DNA from: Paraphysomonas bandaiensis
Taxonomy: Eukaryota > Protista > Chrysophyceae
DNA length: 64,000 bases
Assembly: GCA_965644295.1 (NCBI GenBank)
Contig: CBFFRP010000263.1
Span: forward strand, 523,531-587,530
Direction: 5' to 3'
Shown: piece after piece, positions 45,631 to 60,252 of the stretch
Layout of the letters: every line of letters starts with the position of its first letter
How positions within the stretch are numbered: the first letter of the stretch is position 1
Made by a program: the position numbers and the translations under genes
The notes under the pieces: generated by a model
Database searches by the model: none
Seen by the model: the letters and a program-made list of their open reading frames with translations, nothing else
Told to the model about the DNA's origin: nothing

Positions 45631-46208
45631 CTTCCGAAAGTCGAAACCCACAAGATCAAGCCTCATATGCTATGACAAGGACAGCAAATTAGAAATAGAG
45701 GATAATACAACATATTTGAAGGCATGTTCTGCATTTCTATGTCCACAGGTTCACAGTATATACCGGTATTTTAATTTCTGTAATAATCATCATTCTCTCA
45801 ATTTATTCGCTTGGACGAGCATTATATATCTTTGGTAAGCATTATTTGCTGTTAGCATGAAATTATATATCAATAAATAGGCTAGGTTGCAATATATTAA
45901 TGCTGTTGTTAGATGGCGTCCCATCTATAAATTATAAATTATAGCCACATTTTCATATTTCTGGAATATGGAATGTTGAATAACCCACGCAATAGCACTA
46001 CTTTAGTTAATAAATGTGTGAATGCAGCATGCAGCATTGGCACACACAAACTGTCAAGCAAACAATTTACATGTGACTTTTATCGGAATCGTATCAGTAA
46101 TAGAAAAATTACGTGAGATTCGGGCACGACTTCAGTTCTGTTCACTCAATGCATCTGCCTAATGCCATAAAAAGTTTTTCATTCCATAAAAAGACTACAT
46201 ACACACTG

Positions 46209-47779
46209 CTACTTTTCCGACTCTATCGTGGAGTCATCCTCTTTGAGTCCTATTAGAGACGGGTCAGAGAGGAGGCTTACTCTCTCCCACGATAAGTTAT
46301 TTAGGACATCAATACTGTCAACCGACCACTTCATTCCACCCAGTAATCCCTTCGATTGATCTGGCAGGTTGCACCGGAGGGAAGGATTGAGACGTATATA
46401 CGCCACCATTATTGCAGACGCTATCATGCACCCGGACATGAGGAAAAACACACTTTCCGGCGCTCCTGCCCGGGAAGTAGCGGAATACACCGCTGAAAAA
46501 GCTGGTGACACTAACGTACTAATGCTTTCTACAGCAGAGAAAGCTGCGAAAACCTGAGCCTGCATATCCCCCGGGACTGTATTGGAGAGTACAGTCCGAG
46601 TGTAAGGCGCTACTGGACCCGATAAAAGAAGTAGAGAGAGAGCAGGGAATACGAGGAATGTGGATGGAGCAAGCCCGATAACTGCGTAATAGAGGACCCT
46701 GCACACAATGTGGTCATATAGCGATACCCGCATACTCGATTATAACATACAAGAAAGTTGAAATATACTCATTTTTAACAAACTCATACATACCTGACCA
46801 TATATCCCGCATGTATCCACGACACTAGCCGAAATTCCCTTCCCACGGCATACGTGAACATCGCCGGCACAAACAACATTGAAAACGCATGTACTCCTCC
46901 GTCTGCCCCATCATAGTAGCCAATCAAATCAGGTCCCCAGTTAAATACATGCTTGACATACATAACAAACACTGGGGCGAAGCCCACGTAGGCAGTATAG
47001 TAAAGGCAAAAGGCCAGGGACAGTAGTGGTAGAGGAGAGGAGCCACATTTTGGCTTGTGTTGAAAGAGATACGCAATATTTTGAAATGTACGGAGCGGAT
47101 GGAGAGATAGGGGCGCCTTGCGGCACTCGGAATGCAGGGGAAGCGACTCAGGAATACAGCAGGACCATATCAGAGCAATGACACAAAGAGCAACCCCCAA
47201 TGCGAGTGGGTAGACGAAGCCATAATACGAGGCCCAGATCCCTGCGCAAACAGGGCCAACTAACTTCGGGAGGAATATGCACCCCTCTGTGATAGGATAA
47301 GAATTTCTCCTTTCAGCAAGATTCAATGCAGTGCAGTCAGCTGTGTAGGAAAATATAGCCATGATGAAAGTGCTGTAGCCTCCACAGATGCCCATAACCA
47401 GTGTGCTGAGGATAGCAATTATTTCGAACTGAGCCGGTTTCAGTGCCGCAATGAATAAAGAGGCTGTGACATAGACCAACAACCCAACAAGAGGAATGAT
47501 TAAACATATTTTCCTTCCATATCGGTTGGCGATGGATCCGTAAACACCTGTCAGTAGAATGGTCGGGGCATAAGATGCAATATCACAGTATGCACTAAGC
47601 ATGGATGCCTGTGACGACACACTGGAACTATCACAGTCATCACTATCTGTGTGATGACAAATAGCAGCAATCAAAACCTGTAGCTGCAGTGGGTAACACC
47701 CAAATAGTACAATGAAATATAAAGCTGTGACAGGCAGGACATAGTGATAAGACACATCACCAACATCCGGCTTACTCAT
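46209..47779 (-). CDS. MFS transporter (SLC46/PCFT-like); exons 47779-46794 and 46698-46209
   Basis: About 12 hydrophobic segments; motif A-like GSIANRYGRK; FSYTAD; the GT-AG intron 46699-46793 joins in frame. Confidence 0.85.
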
Positions 47780-50463
47780 AGCTAACAAATAATACGAGGA
47801 ATATCCCTCGTTCAGGCACTTACTTTCAAGTAAATATACTCCAATTTAGATTCATTTACTCGTTATTCATATAGATTAATGTATTATACAGATATTTGTT
47901 GATGAGCAGGCTATTGACACTGCCTGGTGATGTCATCTGAGCTGGTGGCCCAATAAATAACCCAAATAGAGTGATTTATTACACAAAATCCCTAATTTAT
48001 AGAGACCTACACCAGTATATGACAAAAATCAAGCATATGGACGGATATCAGAGCTCACATATGGGGAAAATTGGCTACCATCAGTTCCCAGAAATTTATT
48101 CAGTCCAGCTTTTTTGGATATATGTGTATGATGGTATGTAGAGCAGTGTATGGTACTATATGTGCATAATGATATACCTATACATACATATACGTATACA
48201 TAGCCACGAATATCATACTACTATATCTAGATATCTATAAACGACACGACTATGGTAGCTATATTTTGCTTGCACTGGAATGTGTGTAAACGCTATGGTT
48301 CCAGCATGTGATTTGCGTATTAACAATACCTTTCTAGAATTTGATCAATGAAACTGATTAGATATCAATATGAATTATCCTATGCATGCGGTCAGTTGTT
48401 TCATTGCCGACAACGTTGGGGATGTTTCCATTGCACAAGTCGATAGATACTCCATGACACCAACAAATGAATTATTGTAGCTCTCTATTTCCCATTCGAC
48501 ACAGTTAGGTCATCACTTTCAAACCGGCAACAGGCCTATGATAGGCGTCAGAATCAGCACGTATTCTTCTGGGTGGACAACTAGGTCTGAGTTGGCTCTA
48601 ATCTACACATGCAGCGTAATGTGACTTAATGGGTAGGTGAACGACTTTTGATAATCGGCGTGTACCCTTTATATTATATGAATTGGCAATTTATGCCAGT
48701 GCCTTGTAATACTGATTCGCCTTCGGAATGGGGCAATACATGTACTAACTAACAAACTCAAATTTTAAACTCTTCATAGTGAACAAAAGTTGTAGATACT
48801 ACTTCTCCGGCAATACCAAAATTATATTACGAGAGCATATTTGGAAGCTCCTTCGGTGTCTGGATCTTTGGTACTCTTACTCACCATACTTGCACTGGAC
48901 TGAAAATGGCACATTTGAACAAGCACAGAAAGAGACATTTAGCGTCTGTTTTCATGGTAGTTAGGGATACTTAATCGGCATATTCTAATAATTTAGTGGT
49001 CACTTGTATTTTACGTGGTCAATGTATCCCCGTAATTTCATGTTTTGAACTTATGTTTTGATAGACATTGTCATTATATTTAGTAGTGAGTGGTGCTCAT
49101 AGGTGGCTTTGTTTGTAGCTGCAACTGTACCTCTGCAGCAGAGATATCTACCATACATAACAGTTGTATATTGGGTTCAGTGCTGAAAAGCTATATCATT
49201 GCTGTTGCTTGGGGTAAATAGTCGTGATTACCGGAGGTATTATGTATTGCCAATAGGTGATCTATTATGTACTAGTAAAGTATTTTTACCAGGTAGGTTT
49301 GGTGTATTCTGTAGGTAAACCGACTAGGACTGAAGACTATAAACTATAATCATTAAGCATACCTAGTGCTTCTATCTACCAGTTAGTGTCTGTATGTTCA
49401 GTCCCAAAGAGGATACCATACGCTAATAAAGAAACCGATAGACAGTGAAAACTTTAATTTAAAAAGCTATAGTTTGACACCCATTAGCAAAATTTCTCTC
49501 CTACATAGACTGAATAACAAGCCAATGCGGGCGTGCGTGATCATATGTAAACATGCTATAAAATTTAATACTCTTCATAAAGGGCTAACCGCTTAGCATA
49601 TGTAGAATAGCATCCCATATGAAGAGGCAGCTAACCCCGCAACCCAACCAGAATGAGATCCAAACTCGGATCCCCCAATTTGACGAGCGGCGTTAGTGCA
49701 ACTCACCTATCAAGCAACATAACCCCACTAACAATACATTTCAACGAACTGATTGTAATATATACACCTGCACCTCATCATTCGAGACCTAGAAGCTCGC
49801 TTTATAAAACATATATATCATCATTTACCGACATAATATCTTCAGTATGATTACGGCTTTTAAAGCTTATTGCTTGAAAGTTTGTACTGTATGTTGAGGA
49901 GTTCTTAAAGCAACTCGTTGCTTTGTTGTATACATTCTCTTAGCAACAAGCAAAAGTTAGGAATTTAATAAGCTATTTTGTGAAAATCGGAGTATTTCGA
50001 TTTATGCAAAGGAGAATACTTCACTTGACATCGCCAGTCAATTCTAGAATTCCGTTGCTTTACAACATATGTTCTACATCAGAATATGAAATACGTCAGT
50101 ATAACACCACCACAAAATACTCTAACATGGACATGGTATACAGAAATTAGTTCGTATAAGAATTTCTTATTGGCCCAGATGGGGTTGAAGTGTGTTGGGA
50201 TGGGATGGTAGTCACAAGCAATGGCGTATTCTTGCAACCAATGAAATACGTTTATTCTATTATTGTATAAACTTATTCGCTAAGTATGGTGGAGTGGAGG
50301 GCACATTCCCACAAACGAACATCTGCTCATCATCAAAAGTTCACAACAGTGCGATGATGTTCTTTGATGCGCTGGTAAGTATGTACATAATTACTTTCGT
50401 TACAATTGAATAGTGAGTTTCATTTGTTGTGGAATACTAATTCAATTTACAACGCTTCGTATA

Positions 50464-50934
50464 ATGTCTCCAGCATCTGAATTTTGCTCATCCACGTTTT
50501 CGTCTTCGATTATTGATGACGAGAATGAAATGGCTACATGGCGTGGAGTCCGTCATTGGCGATGTCGTCTAGATATGCGTCGGTACATCGAGCAGATTCT
50601 CGTGGCTCGTAGTAATTCCAGTAAAAGGACTATTCATAAAGGCAAGTTTCCCCAGATGGCTCGCCGGCTCGAGCAGATTCTATATGTCAAGGCGGACTCT
50701 TTTGAGGAGTATATCAACCTCCAAACACTCTGTTCGAGGCTGGTCAGCATCGCTTCGTCTCATTGGTCTAGCGGGTGTAGCCAAAATCGCCCTGCTGAAA
50801 GTGATTTTTTTCAAGTACCTGTGGGAACAATGCTATCTAAACGACGGTGTAGCGTCGAAGACGACGTTGTGGAGTCTATGTCCAAAAGGTGTAACATATC
50901 CAGTACAGAGAACACCAGTGAAGTACTTGCCTGA
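50464..50934 (+). CDS. Small protein with KIX-like (Med15/CBP-type) domain
   Basis: W...MRRYIEQIL...KFPQMARRLEQILYVKADSFEEYINLQTL..RL resembles KIX-type helical domains. The start codon is uncertain. Confidence 0.55.
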   Translation: MSPASEFCSSTFSSSIIDDENEMATWRGVRHWRCRLDMRRYIEQILVARSNSSKRTIHKGKFPQMARRLEQILYVKADSFEEYINLQTLCSRLVSIASSHWSSGCSQNRPAESDFFQVPVGTMLSKRRCSVEDDVVESMSKRCNISSTENTSEVLA

Positions 50935-52474
50935 ATTGATTTACGTTTTTTTTTTTCGTTTTAGCTGTATGCCAATTTATATTTGACGGTATACAAGTCC
51001 AATTCAAATTAATGTAGATATAGGAATGCTATTTATGACGAGTGACCTCTTCTTTTGGGGTCCACACTACAATTTGTAGTGAAGAAAGTAATCCGTTGGA
51101 GTTGCTAATCTGCATGCATCTATATCGAAATATAGAATATAGTGATTGTGCCTTAATATTGCTTAATTTAATTACGTTTCTTTTCAGCATTGTATATCTA
51201 GATTCTATAGCTATTTGCAGTTTACTTGCTGTTAGGGGAAATATGTGCTCCCTGATAATTATTTAGAAAACAAATGAGAAATAAAAGTACTTATTTCAAG
51301 CTAATCGATGAATCTATACCTCTATAGGAATGGTAGTTGTACTAGATTAACTAAACCACAATAAATTTCCAAATTTCAACTCTAACTACAACAATCGTAC
51401 CCCAGCCACAGAAAGATGCAAAGAGTTGTTGAAAGTTGTGACGATGAAAGTGGAAATTGTAAACGCACGAGGATTCTTGCCATAAATAGCATCATCAAGT
51501 TACGTATATCACGCGTTACCCCTGGTAGTGCAACTAATTCGAATTCAGATTCTTGAGATACACAATCCTGAGAATCACAACGTGACACTAACCCTGAAAA
51601 TCATATTCAGCATTAGATGTCGCATTTGAATTCTCAAGTATATTTCTTGAAGTTGTATCGTAGTTCTCGTTATGCAGATAGACCGCTTGCACTGCATTTT
51701 GATCTTCTACATCAGAGAGGGAATGATATTTAACTTGAAGTATTTGATAATATATTTTTGAGTGATCACTCATAATTCATATGGTTTCCTTGCGACTGTG
51801 TAAAATTATGAAGTCACATGAAAGGGCTGTCAATATCATAATTAAGATAGAAGCTAATTTCTATTCAAACTGAAATATTGAATTTGAGTGCTAATATGAG
51901 AGTTCTGTTGATCCCAGTTTAGATTAAGAAAACACTTCTTTGAGAGATAACGGGGATAATTCTATACCTCAAAGTATAGCTTTAATTGCTTACTCACAGC
52001 AAAACGAAACATGTTTTACTGTATCCATATATTCATATTATGATATATGCGACGAAGTTGATCAGATGGAAAGTAATCAGGCACAAAAGCTTTGCAATAC
52101 TATCATGCTCAATAAATTGTAATATATTGAAAAACACATTTTGCGTTTTTCATTTGACGCTAACATTGCACATTAAGGTCAACAACTGCAAATATCCTTA
52201 CTCGATATTTGTATCGTCTCGAGACTCGTTGATATTTTCTCTCATTGCAATTGCAAATTTTTATATATTGTTCGATTTAATTGCCATGGGTACTAATGTT
52301 TTAATTTTCACTATTCTGTTCTTCTAACTTGAGTCATAAGAGAATATCATCAAACCAATGGGTATAGGTTCGTAGAAACAATACTCTTGACAACTATGTA
52401 TAATTATTAAGCGATATACAAAACAGACAGAGCAGAAGGTGTTGGTTATTCACGAGGACTTGATATACTTTACT

Positions 52475-53253
52475 TTATGACCACTGTAGAGACGGTGACC
52501 TGATGACACGATGTTACAATGGTTTTCAATATAACTACACCAAACTCACATGAAACATTTCTTGCAATGTCGGACAGGAGTTCTAAGGCCCCATTCTATA
52601 ATAGGCCGTGTATTCTCCGCCGGAGCGCATTTCCTGCATACACATATACCACAGCGTCTGCAGTGATGTCGCCGATTGGACCATGTGAATTTCTCCGCAC
52701 ACAACATACACTCGGCAGTGGCACTATCAGGTACCCATTGAGGGGCAGATTTCTGCTGCTTGGCACTAGTTGAGGCGTACTGCACAGCAAGTTCTGTGTA
52801 CAACTTCTCATCGTATGGTACTGCCTCTCGACCTTCACCTTCAGCCACCAATATTTCTCTACACATTCGTTACTGAATTTGAGCAAAAAGAATAACATCG
52901 ATGCCATACCTATAATACAACACCTGTGGAAGAGTGTAGCGAGCAGGTACAGCATTAACATCCACCCCTTTGAGAAGCGTAAGGTAATTAAGGTATTCCT
53001 TAAATCTTTTATTTCCTCCTGCAGCAAGTTTTTGTATGTTTTTATCACTCCAAGTGTCCATGGTAAGGCTCCGAACAGGGCTAATATGTACACCCAATGC
53101 TCTGTGCTGCCCAGCACACTCCAAACATACAAGTACACAATACCCTAGACTTGCCCAGTCCGGTCGAAGTGCGCCACAATCGACACATCTGTCGTTTCCT
53201 TCGGCCTCAACAATTTCCATTATCTCTTCTGGGATGTGCTCCCAGGAGTCCAT
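52475..53253 (-). CDS. ArfGAP + FYVE zinc-finger protein; exons 53253-52910, 52858-52550 and probable 52499-52475
   Basis: ArfGAP motif CVDC-x16-CLEC.G.HR.LGVHIS.VRS..MD.W; FYVE motif WVPD...CMLC...RRHHCRRCG..VC..C...R.C..C; GT-AG introns. Confidence 0.85.
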
Positions 53254-53730
53254 TATTAGCAATATGCAGTAAATAAATATTCAATTACAATGGACCTTGA
53301 TATGGTAGTTTGCAGAAACGTCAATACAGTGCAGATCAGTACAAGTATATTTGCATCTGAAAATCAATGTACTATTTATCCACATACTCCTCTTGCTCCT
53401 AGCTATAGATACGACGTAGTGTATACCTATACATACACCTGTATTGTGGTTATGTACTGCTGTAGTGTAGTCTCAGTGTATTGCTGTACGTAGTGTGGTG
53501 TTTTGTAGGTACTGACTGCTGCTCATTTGATGACATGCTGTGTGACTATGCTGTAGCAGTCAAGTCGATCGTTTCTCATTTGAGGGTCTAGAGTGTTTTT
53601 TTCTATAGATGAATATACATATATGCGTAGAGTCCAGCATCATCTACCACTATTACAAGCATCACTTGTTGCAATTGAAGTCTAATATTTCACTATAATT
53701 ATACAGAAGTGATTGTATTTTACAAGCACT

Positions 53731-55265
<1,535 letters not shown>

Positions 55266-55647
55266 GTGTAGACATTGATTGAGTAGGCTCAACTCTACCA
55301 ACTCGGCCTTTTTTGTTAAATCTACTAATGAATTTCTGATTAAAAAGTATACCTCTACTTATGCGTGATATATATCATTATATTACGATCACATGTTATC
55401 CAGAGAGTTCCTTTAGGAGCGTGTAGGAAGAGCGAATAAATTATATATAAATTATTCTTACTTCCTAAGACCAGGCTACGAAATAATTCTAACTATTGAG
55501 AGTTGAGCAACATACTTATTATAGTGCTTGATGCAGAGCACTACAATAAGTATGTTTTTGTTTAGACACCTAGTCAAAGATATAAATAACTCAATATCTG
55601 CATTCATATTAAGATCTATCTTAATATACAATAGTATATGTGACTTG

Positions 55648-58600
55648 TGTTGGGAAATGCTCATTTTACTTAGATCAAAGAGAGATTAAGTTGTTAGACT
55701 AGATAGATTTATTAATATCGTTTACACAAATTGTGTTAAACAACACAAGCTCGTTTTGTGCCATGCATAAATCACTACTTCTGTAGACCTTTCGCTACTA
55801 AACATATCTTGAAAGAGCAAACTATTTCAGTTTTCTCAATATCATAACAGCATCTACACATCACCATACTTCACTGTATTCTCGTACATTGTCTTCAAGT
55901 ACCACATTGAATATACTAGGATACAGTCCATATTCTAATACTCCCACTCAATGTAGAATGCAGTGATACGAAACAACAATGAGTACAGTGATCTTCATGC
56001 TATAAACTAGTCTCATAGGTAAAATAGATGTGAAATCTTATCAAGATACATATATAACTAGCAGTCAACTAGATATATAGTTATGTGGGATTCTCACCCA
56101 CTAAAACACACCTTTAACCTCTTCGGGGTCGCTTCTTCTGCTGCTCCTCAACTCTGGTTGACACACTTCTCTTAACCCCGGTAATAGTTTTCTCATGACG
56201 ACTGAAAAGTTTCGTTGACAATGCCTTCGTGAAAATATCAGCCGCCATATCATCCGTCGACACATGAATCAACTTTGCCGTAGGAAATTTTCCATTTACA
56301 TGCTCTCTCACCCAGTGATACTTGATGTCTATATGCTTCGACCTCTTATGATACACAGGATTCTCGGAGAGATCTTTCGCACTCTTGCTATCCATAAAGA
56401 ATGGAGTCGGCTTCGCAACTAAGAGCCCGAGCTCCTTGAACACCCCCGAAGCCACACCAGTTCTTGCATAGCCGCATACTCCGCCATATATTCAGATTCC
56501 ATGCTCGAAGTTGCAACTGTGGTCTGTAGTTTAGACTGCCAGGCCAATGCGCCTGCACATAAGAACACAATGTATCCTGTTGTCGATCGCCGAGTCAGTC
56601 TATCACCAGCCCAATCTGAATCACTGAACACATGTAAGTCGAACTCACTCCCACTGAATCTGATGCCCTCATCAATTGTTCCACGCAAATATTTCAATAA
56701 GTGAATCGCCAGTTTGCACGATGCATATGTCGGACAACTACTAAATCGAGACAATAACCCCACTGCATAAGCCAGATCAGGTCTAGTATGCATTGCTAGA
56801 TACAACACTGCTCCAATAATTTGCCGATACGGAAATGAGTCAACCCACTGCTTCTGCTCCTCCGTAAGTTCACGTTCCTCTGCCAACAGATCCTGAACAT
56901 TAGTAGGTAGTGGGGCCTCCTTATTCTTACTACTCTTTCCCATAACTGAGCTGAATTTCTTGATAATATTCTTAGCATACTCAGATTGATCTAACATATA
57001 CCAATTTTCTCCTCTGGTTATCCTGATGTTCAGAAATCGCTTACACACTCCCAGATCATGCATCTCGAATGTTTCACAGAACCTACGCTTTACGCTTTCC
57101 AAGTAAGTCAGATCAGCGGATGCAATTATGATATCATCAACATATATCAATAATAAATGCAGTTTTCCGTTACTCCATCGCATATACAAACACGTATCCA
57201 AAATACACGGAGTAAAATGCAATGATTTAATAAACTTGTCAATATGTTTATTCCACTGTCGCGGTGAAGATCGCAGTCCATACAATGCCTTGATTAGTTG
57301 AAAACACCATCCAGCTAGTAATTCCTCATCTGGTGGAGGTGCCATATACACGTCATCCTCCAGATCTGCATAGCAAAATGCGGATGATACATCTAATTGA
57401 TGCACATGCATCTGTAACATAAACGCAATCGCTAACACTAGTCTAATGGTTATACCCTTAACCACTGGAGCGAAAGTGGACGGCTCCTCCTCCTTCTTCT
57501 CTTGGAGATTTCCTAATGCCACTAGCCGAGCCTTGTACTTTACTATATTCCCTAGTATGTCTCGCTTCACCGTATGCACATATTTCGCTCTAACTAATTT
57601 CACTCCGCTTGGAATTTTCACGATCTTCAAGACACGTCTTTTCAGCAATGATGTCTTCTCCACCATTCGAGCTTTTCTCCATTGTTGATACTGTGGAGAT
57701 CTCTCTGCCTCGGCATATGAATTTGGTATCTTGATATCTTCTGTCTCTGCATGGTTAAGATCAATATTATGCGCATCCGGTACTTCAACCATATTAATCT
57801 CTCCTAAAACTGACGCGTTTGCCAGTCTCCGCTGCAGCCGTTTGCGTCGGACCCGACCATCACCATCTAGTTCAATCGGTCGACGAGGTATATAAGAACC
57901 CGTACCTTGCTCATCCTGAGCACGCACATCGTGCGTTGTGGGAGGAGCCCCGCTCACAACCCCAGACTCATAGTCTTCAGAGGTCTGCAACCTCACAGCT
58001 GTCTCCTGACAGGTTGGGTCAGGACTCTCCTGTAACCCTCCAGGTCTTCCCTGGTCCAGCACCCTGGCTGGCATAGTACTCAGGGCGTCCCCCTTTCCTA
58101 TATATCCGGTATTCCCGGGAGTTTCTGCAGTCATTCGCACTACGTCCTCGACGTGAATCGGCACCCGGTGCTCGATATGCTTCCGACCTGCAGTTACCAG
58201 AGATCGATAGGCTACTATTACCCCCTTTCGTTCTACTACTCTCGTGGTCTTGTAGAGAAGACCATCCTCATCATCAATATGATATGTACCTTCTAAGCCC
58301 GCATAGTCAGACACAATTTTCGGTCTCTCGGCCTCCTTCACTCGAAGAGCATCTATCTCAGCGAAATAGCTCTCCGAGCGTGACGGTATGGACTCATCAG
58401 TTAATACATGTACCGACGTGACGACCCTATCAGTCGCAGGTAGATATACATCATATCCTACCTTTTCATCTGAATATCCTATCAGATATCCGATAAGGGC
58501 CTTGTCGTCCCAGTCTTTCCGTCGATCCGCCTTTGTAGTGAGGACATACGCACGACACCCCCATACTCTGAGATATTTCAGGTTGGGAGCCTCACCAGTC

Positions 58601-59653
58601 AAAAATTCAAGAGGGGACATATACCCCTTCGCTGTCTTTGTAGGCAATCGAATTAATATGTACCTGGCTGCCATGTAGGCATCTAGCCAAAACTGTGAAG
58701 GCAATCCTGACTGAATCAGCATCGCTAATGTCATCTCACCACAGGTCCTGAATTTCCGCTCCTCAATCGCGTTCATCTCAGGAGAGTCCGTAGAGCTCCA
58801 CGTATGTTGATAGCAACCCTGTGACCTAAGATATTGTCGCAGCTCATCACATATTAGCTCCCCTGCTCCATCTGCATGGTAATGATGCATTTCTAATTTG
58901 TACCTTTTCACATCTCCTTCAAAAATCTTCTTGAAAACCTGCAGTACCGATGACCCAGTCCTATGAACAAGCCCTTCCGACCAGAACATCCGACTGGCAT
59001 GGTGTGTTAGTTTGAGCACATATATTTCCCCTCCTCGAGCTGGACAATTTAAGTATACTGCTATATCGGCCGAGAAATTTGGACGAACGGAGTCCTCATC
59101 CTTTGTCCGAAAACTTACTCTGGTGATCTTCGCCCTGGCGCATACATCACATAGACACTGTTCTTTGGAAACACGTTTCGAGAGATGTTTTCGTTTCAGT
59201 CCAGTCCCAATAATTAGCATTCTTTTGTGGGCTTCTACCAACGCATGCTTGTTAAAATGACCCGCTCTCCTATGTAACAGCTCCAGTTCATCCTCACCCG
59301 TACGGTCACTGAGATTTACTTCTGAATCACTGGATGTCGATACGTCTGGAAGCTCCAATAACTGCTGTGTTGGCACAGCAGTCATTCCATTCTTCATAGG
59401 TCCCTCCAACACCAGCTCATCCGTATTTCTGTCATATATCTGTATACCATACCATGCATAAGCTCGTTTTGTGCCATGCATAAATCACTACTTCTGTAGA
59501 CCTTTCGCTACTAAACATATCTTGAAAGAGCAAACTATTTCAGTTTTCTCAATATCATAACAGCATCTACACATCACCATACTTCACTGTATTCTCGTAC
59601 ATTGTCTTCAAGTACCACATTGAATATACTAGGATACAGTCCATATTCTAATA
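55648..59653 (-). mobile_element. Internally deleted Ty1/copia element (sister subfamily) lacking PBS, gag and protease
   Basis: Full 3' LTR at 55648-55940; partial 5' LTR at ~59460-59653 matching 55747-55940; TSD ACTTG (55643-55647 and 59654-59658). IN-RT-RH ORF has a 1-bp frameshift in a C-run near 56445. Confidence 0.95.
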
Positions 59654-59675
59654 ACTTGTAGTCTTCTACCTTCTA

Positions 59676-59764
59676 CCCTCAACAAAGTCGGACACGCACC
59701 TTTTCGTGATGTTCTGGGGGATAAGTACCGGAGAGATTCCCTCTTGGAAACTAACGTGAGCCGC
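59676..59764 (+). ncRNA. Putative HDV-like ribozyme (copy 2; P3 has a C-A mismatch)
   Basis: CCCUCAACAAAGUCGGACACGCACCUUUUCGUGAUGUUCUGGGGGAUAAGUACCGGAGAGAUUCCCUCUUGGAAACUAACGUGAGCCGC. Confidence 0.5.
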
Positions 59765-60029
59765 AAACATAGTCAGCAGTCAGCAGATATTCTTCTGCCC
59801 ACGGATAGCGAAATGCTTGTGTGGTACAAGGGACACCAATTAGTGTCACTTCTGTAGACGTCTTTGGGCCCTGACGAATAAACAGGCATCCGGGAATGGG
59901 CCCACCTCAAGGGCATCCGGGACAGGGCCCACCTGAAGGGTAACCGGGGTATTGGGCTGCCTGCTGAAGTCAAGCATCCGGGATGCTTAAGAACTCAGAG
60001 CGGAAGTGGTCGCACCTTGGTGCTTGCGG
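59676..60029 (+). mobile_element. Second copy of the ribozyme-headed SINE, 3'-truncated
   Basis: Collinear with the reverse complement of ~20243-20594. Homology starts at the same CCCTC nucleotide and ends inside the shared tail. Confidence 0.85.
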
Positions 60030-60252
60030 TGGTTAGGGCTTGGGCAATACAACCAAGTAATTCGATCTTAGTTAATGACTAAGTTCAACTATAAAAGGAA
60101 ACTATATTTTACACCATATTAAACAGAGTAATCACAAATGACTACTCTTACATACCTACACAAGCTAGAAGCGATAGCGCAAACAACTTGCAATGGGAGT
60201 GATACACACAGTCGCACGACACTAAAGACAACAAATTCAACAAAATTCGCAA

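Noticed and set aside
47800-50400. Short ORFs or ncRNA in the long intergenic region
   Set aside because: AT-rich, with no recognisable motifs or supported structure.
56430-56460. Programmed frameshift in copia 2
   Set aside because: A 1-bp loss in a C-run within RNase H relative to the intact sister element, in an already defective copy. This is a mutation or sequencing error.
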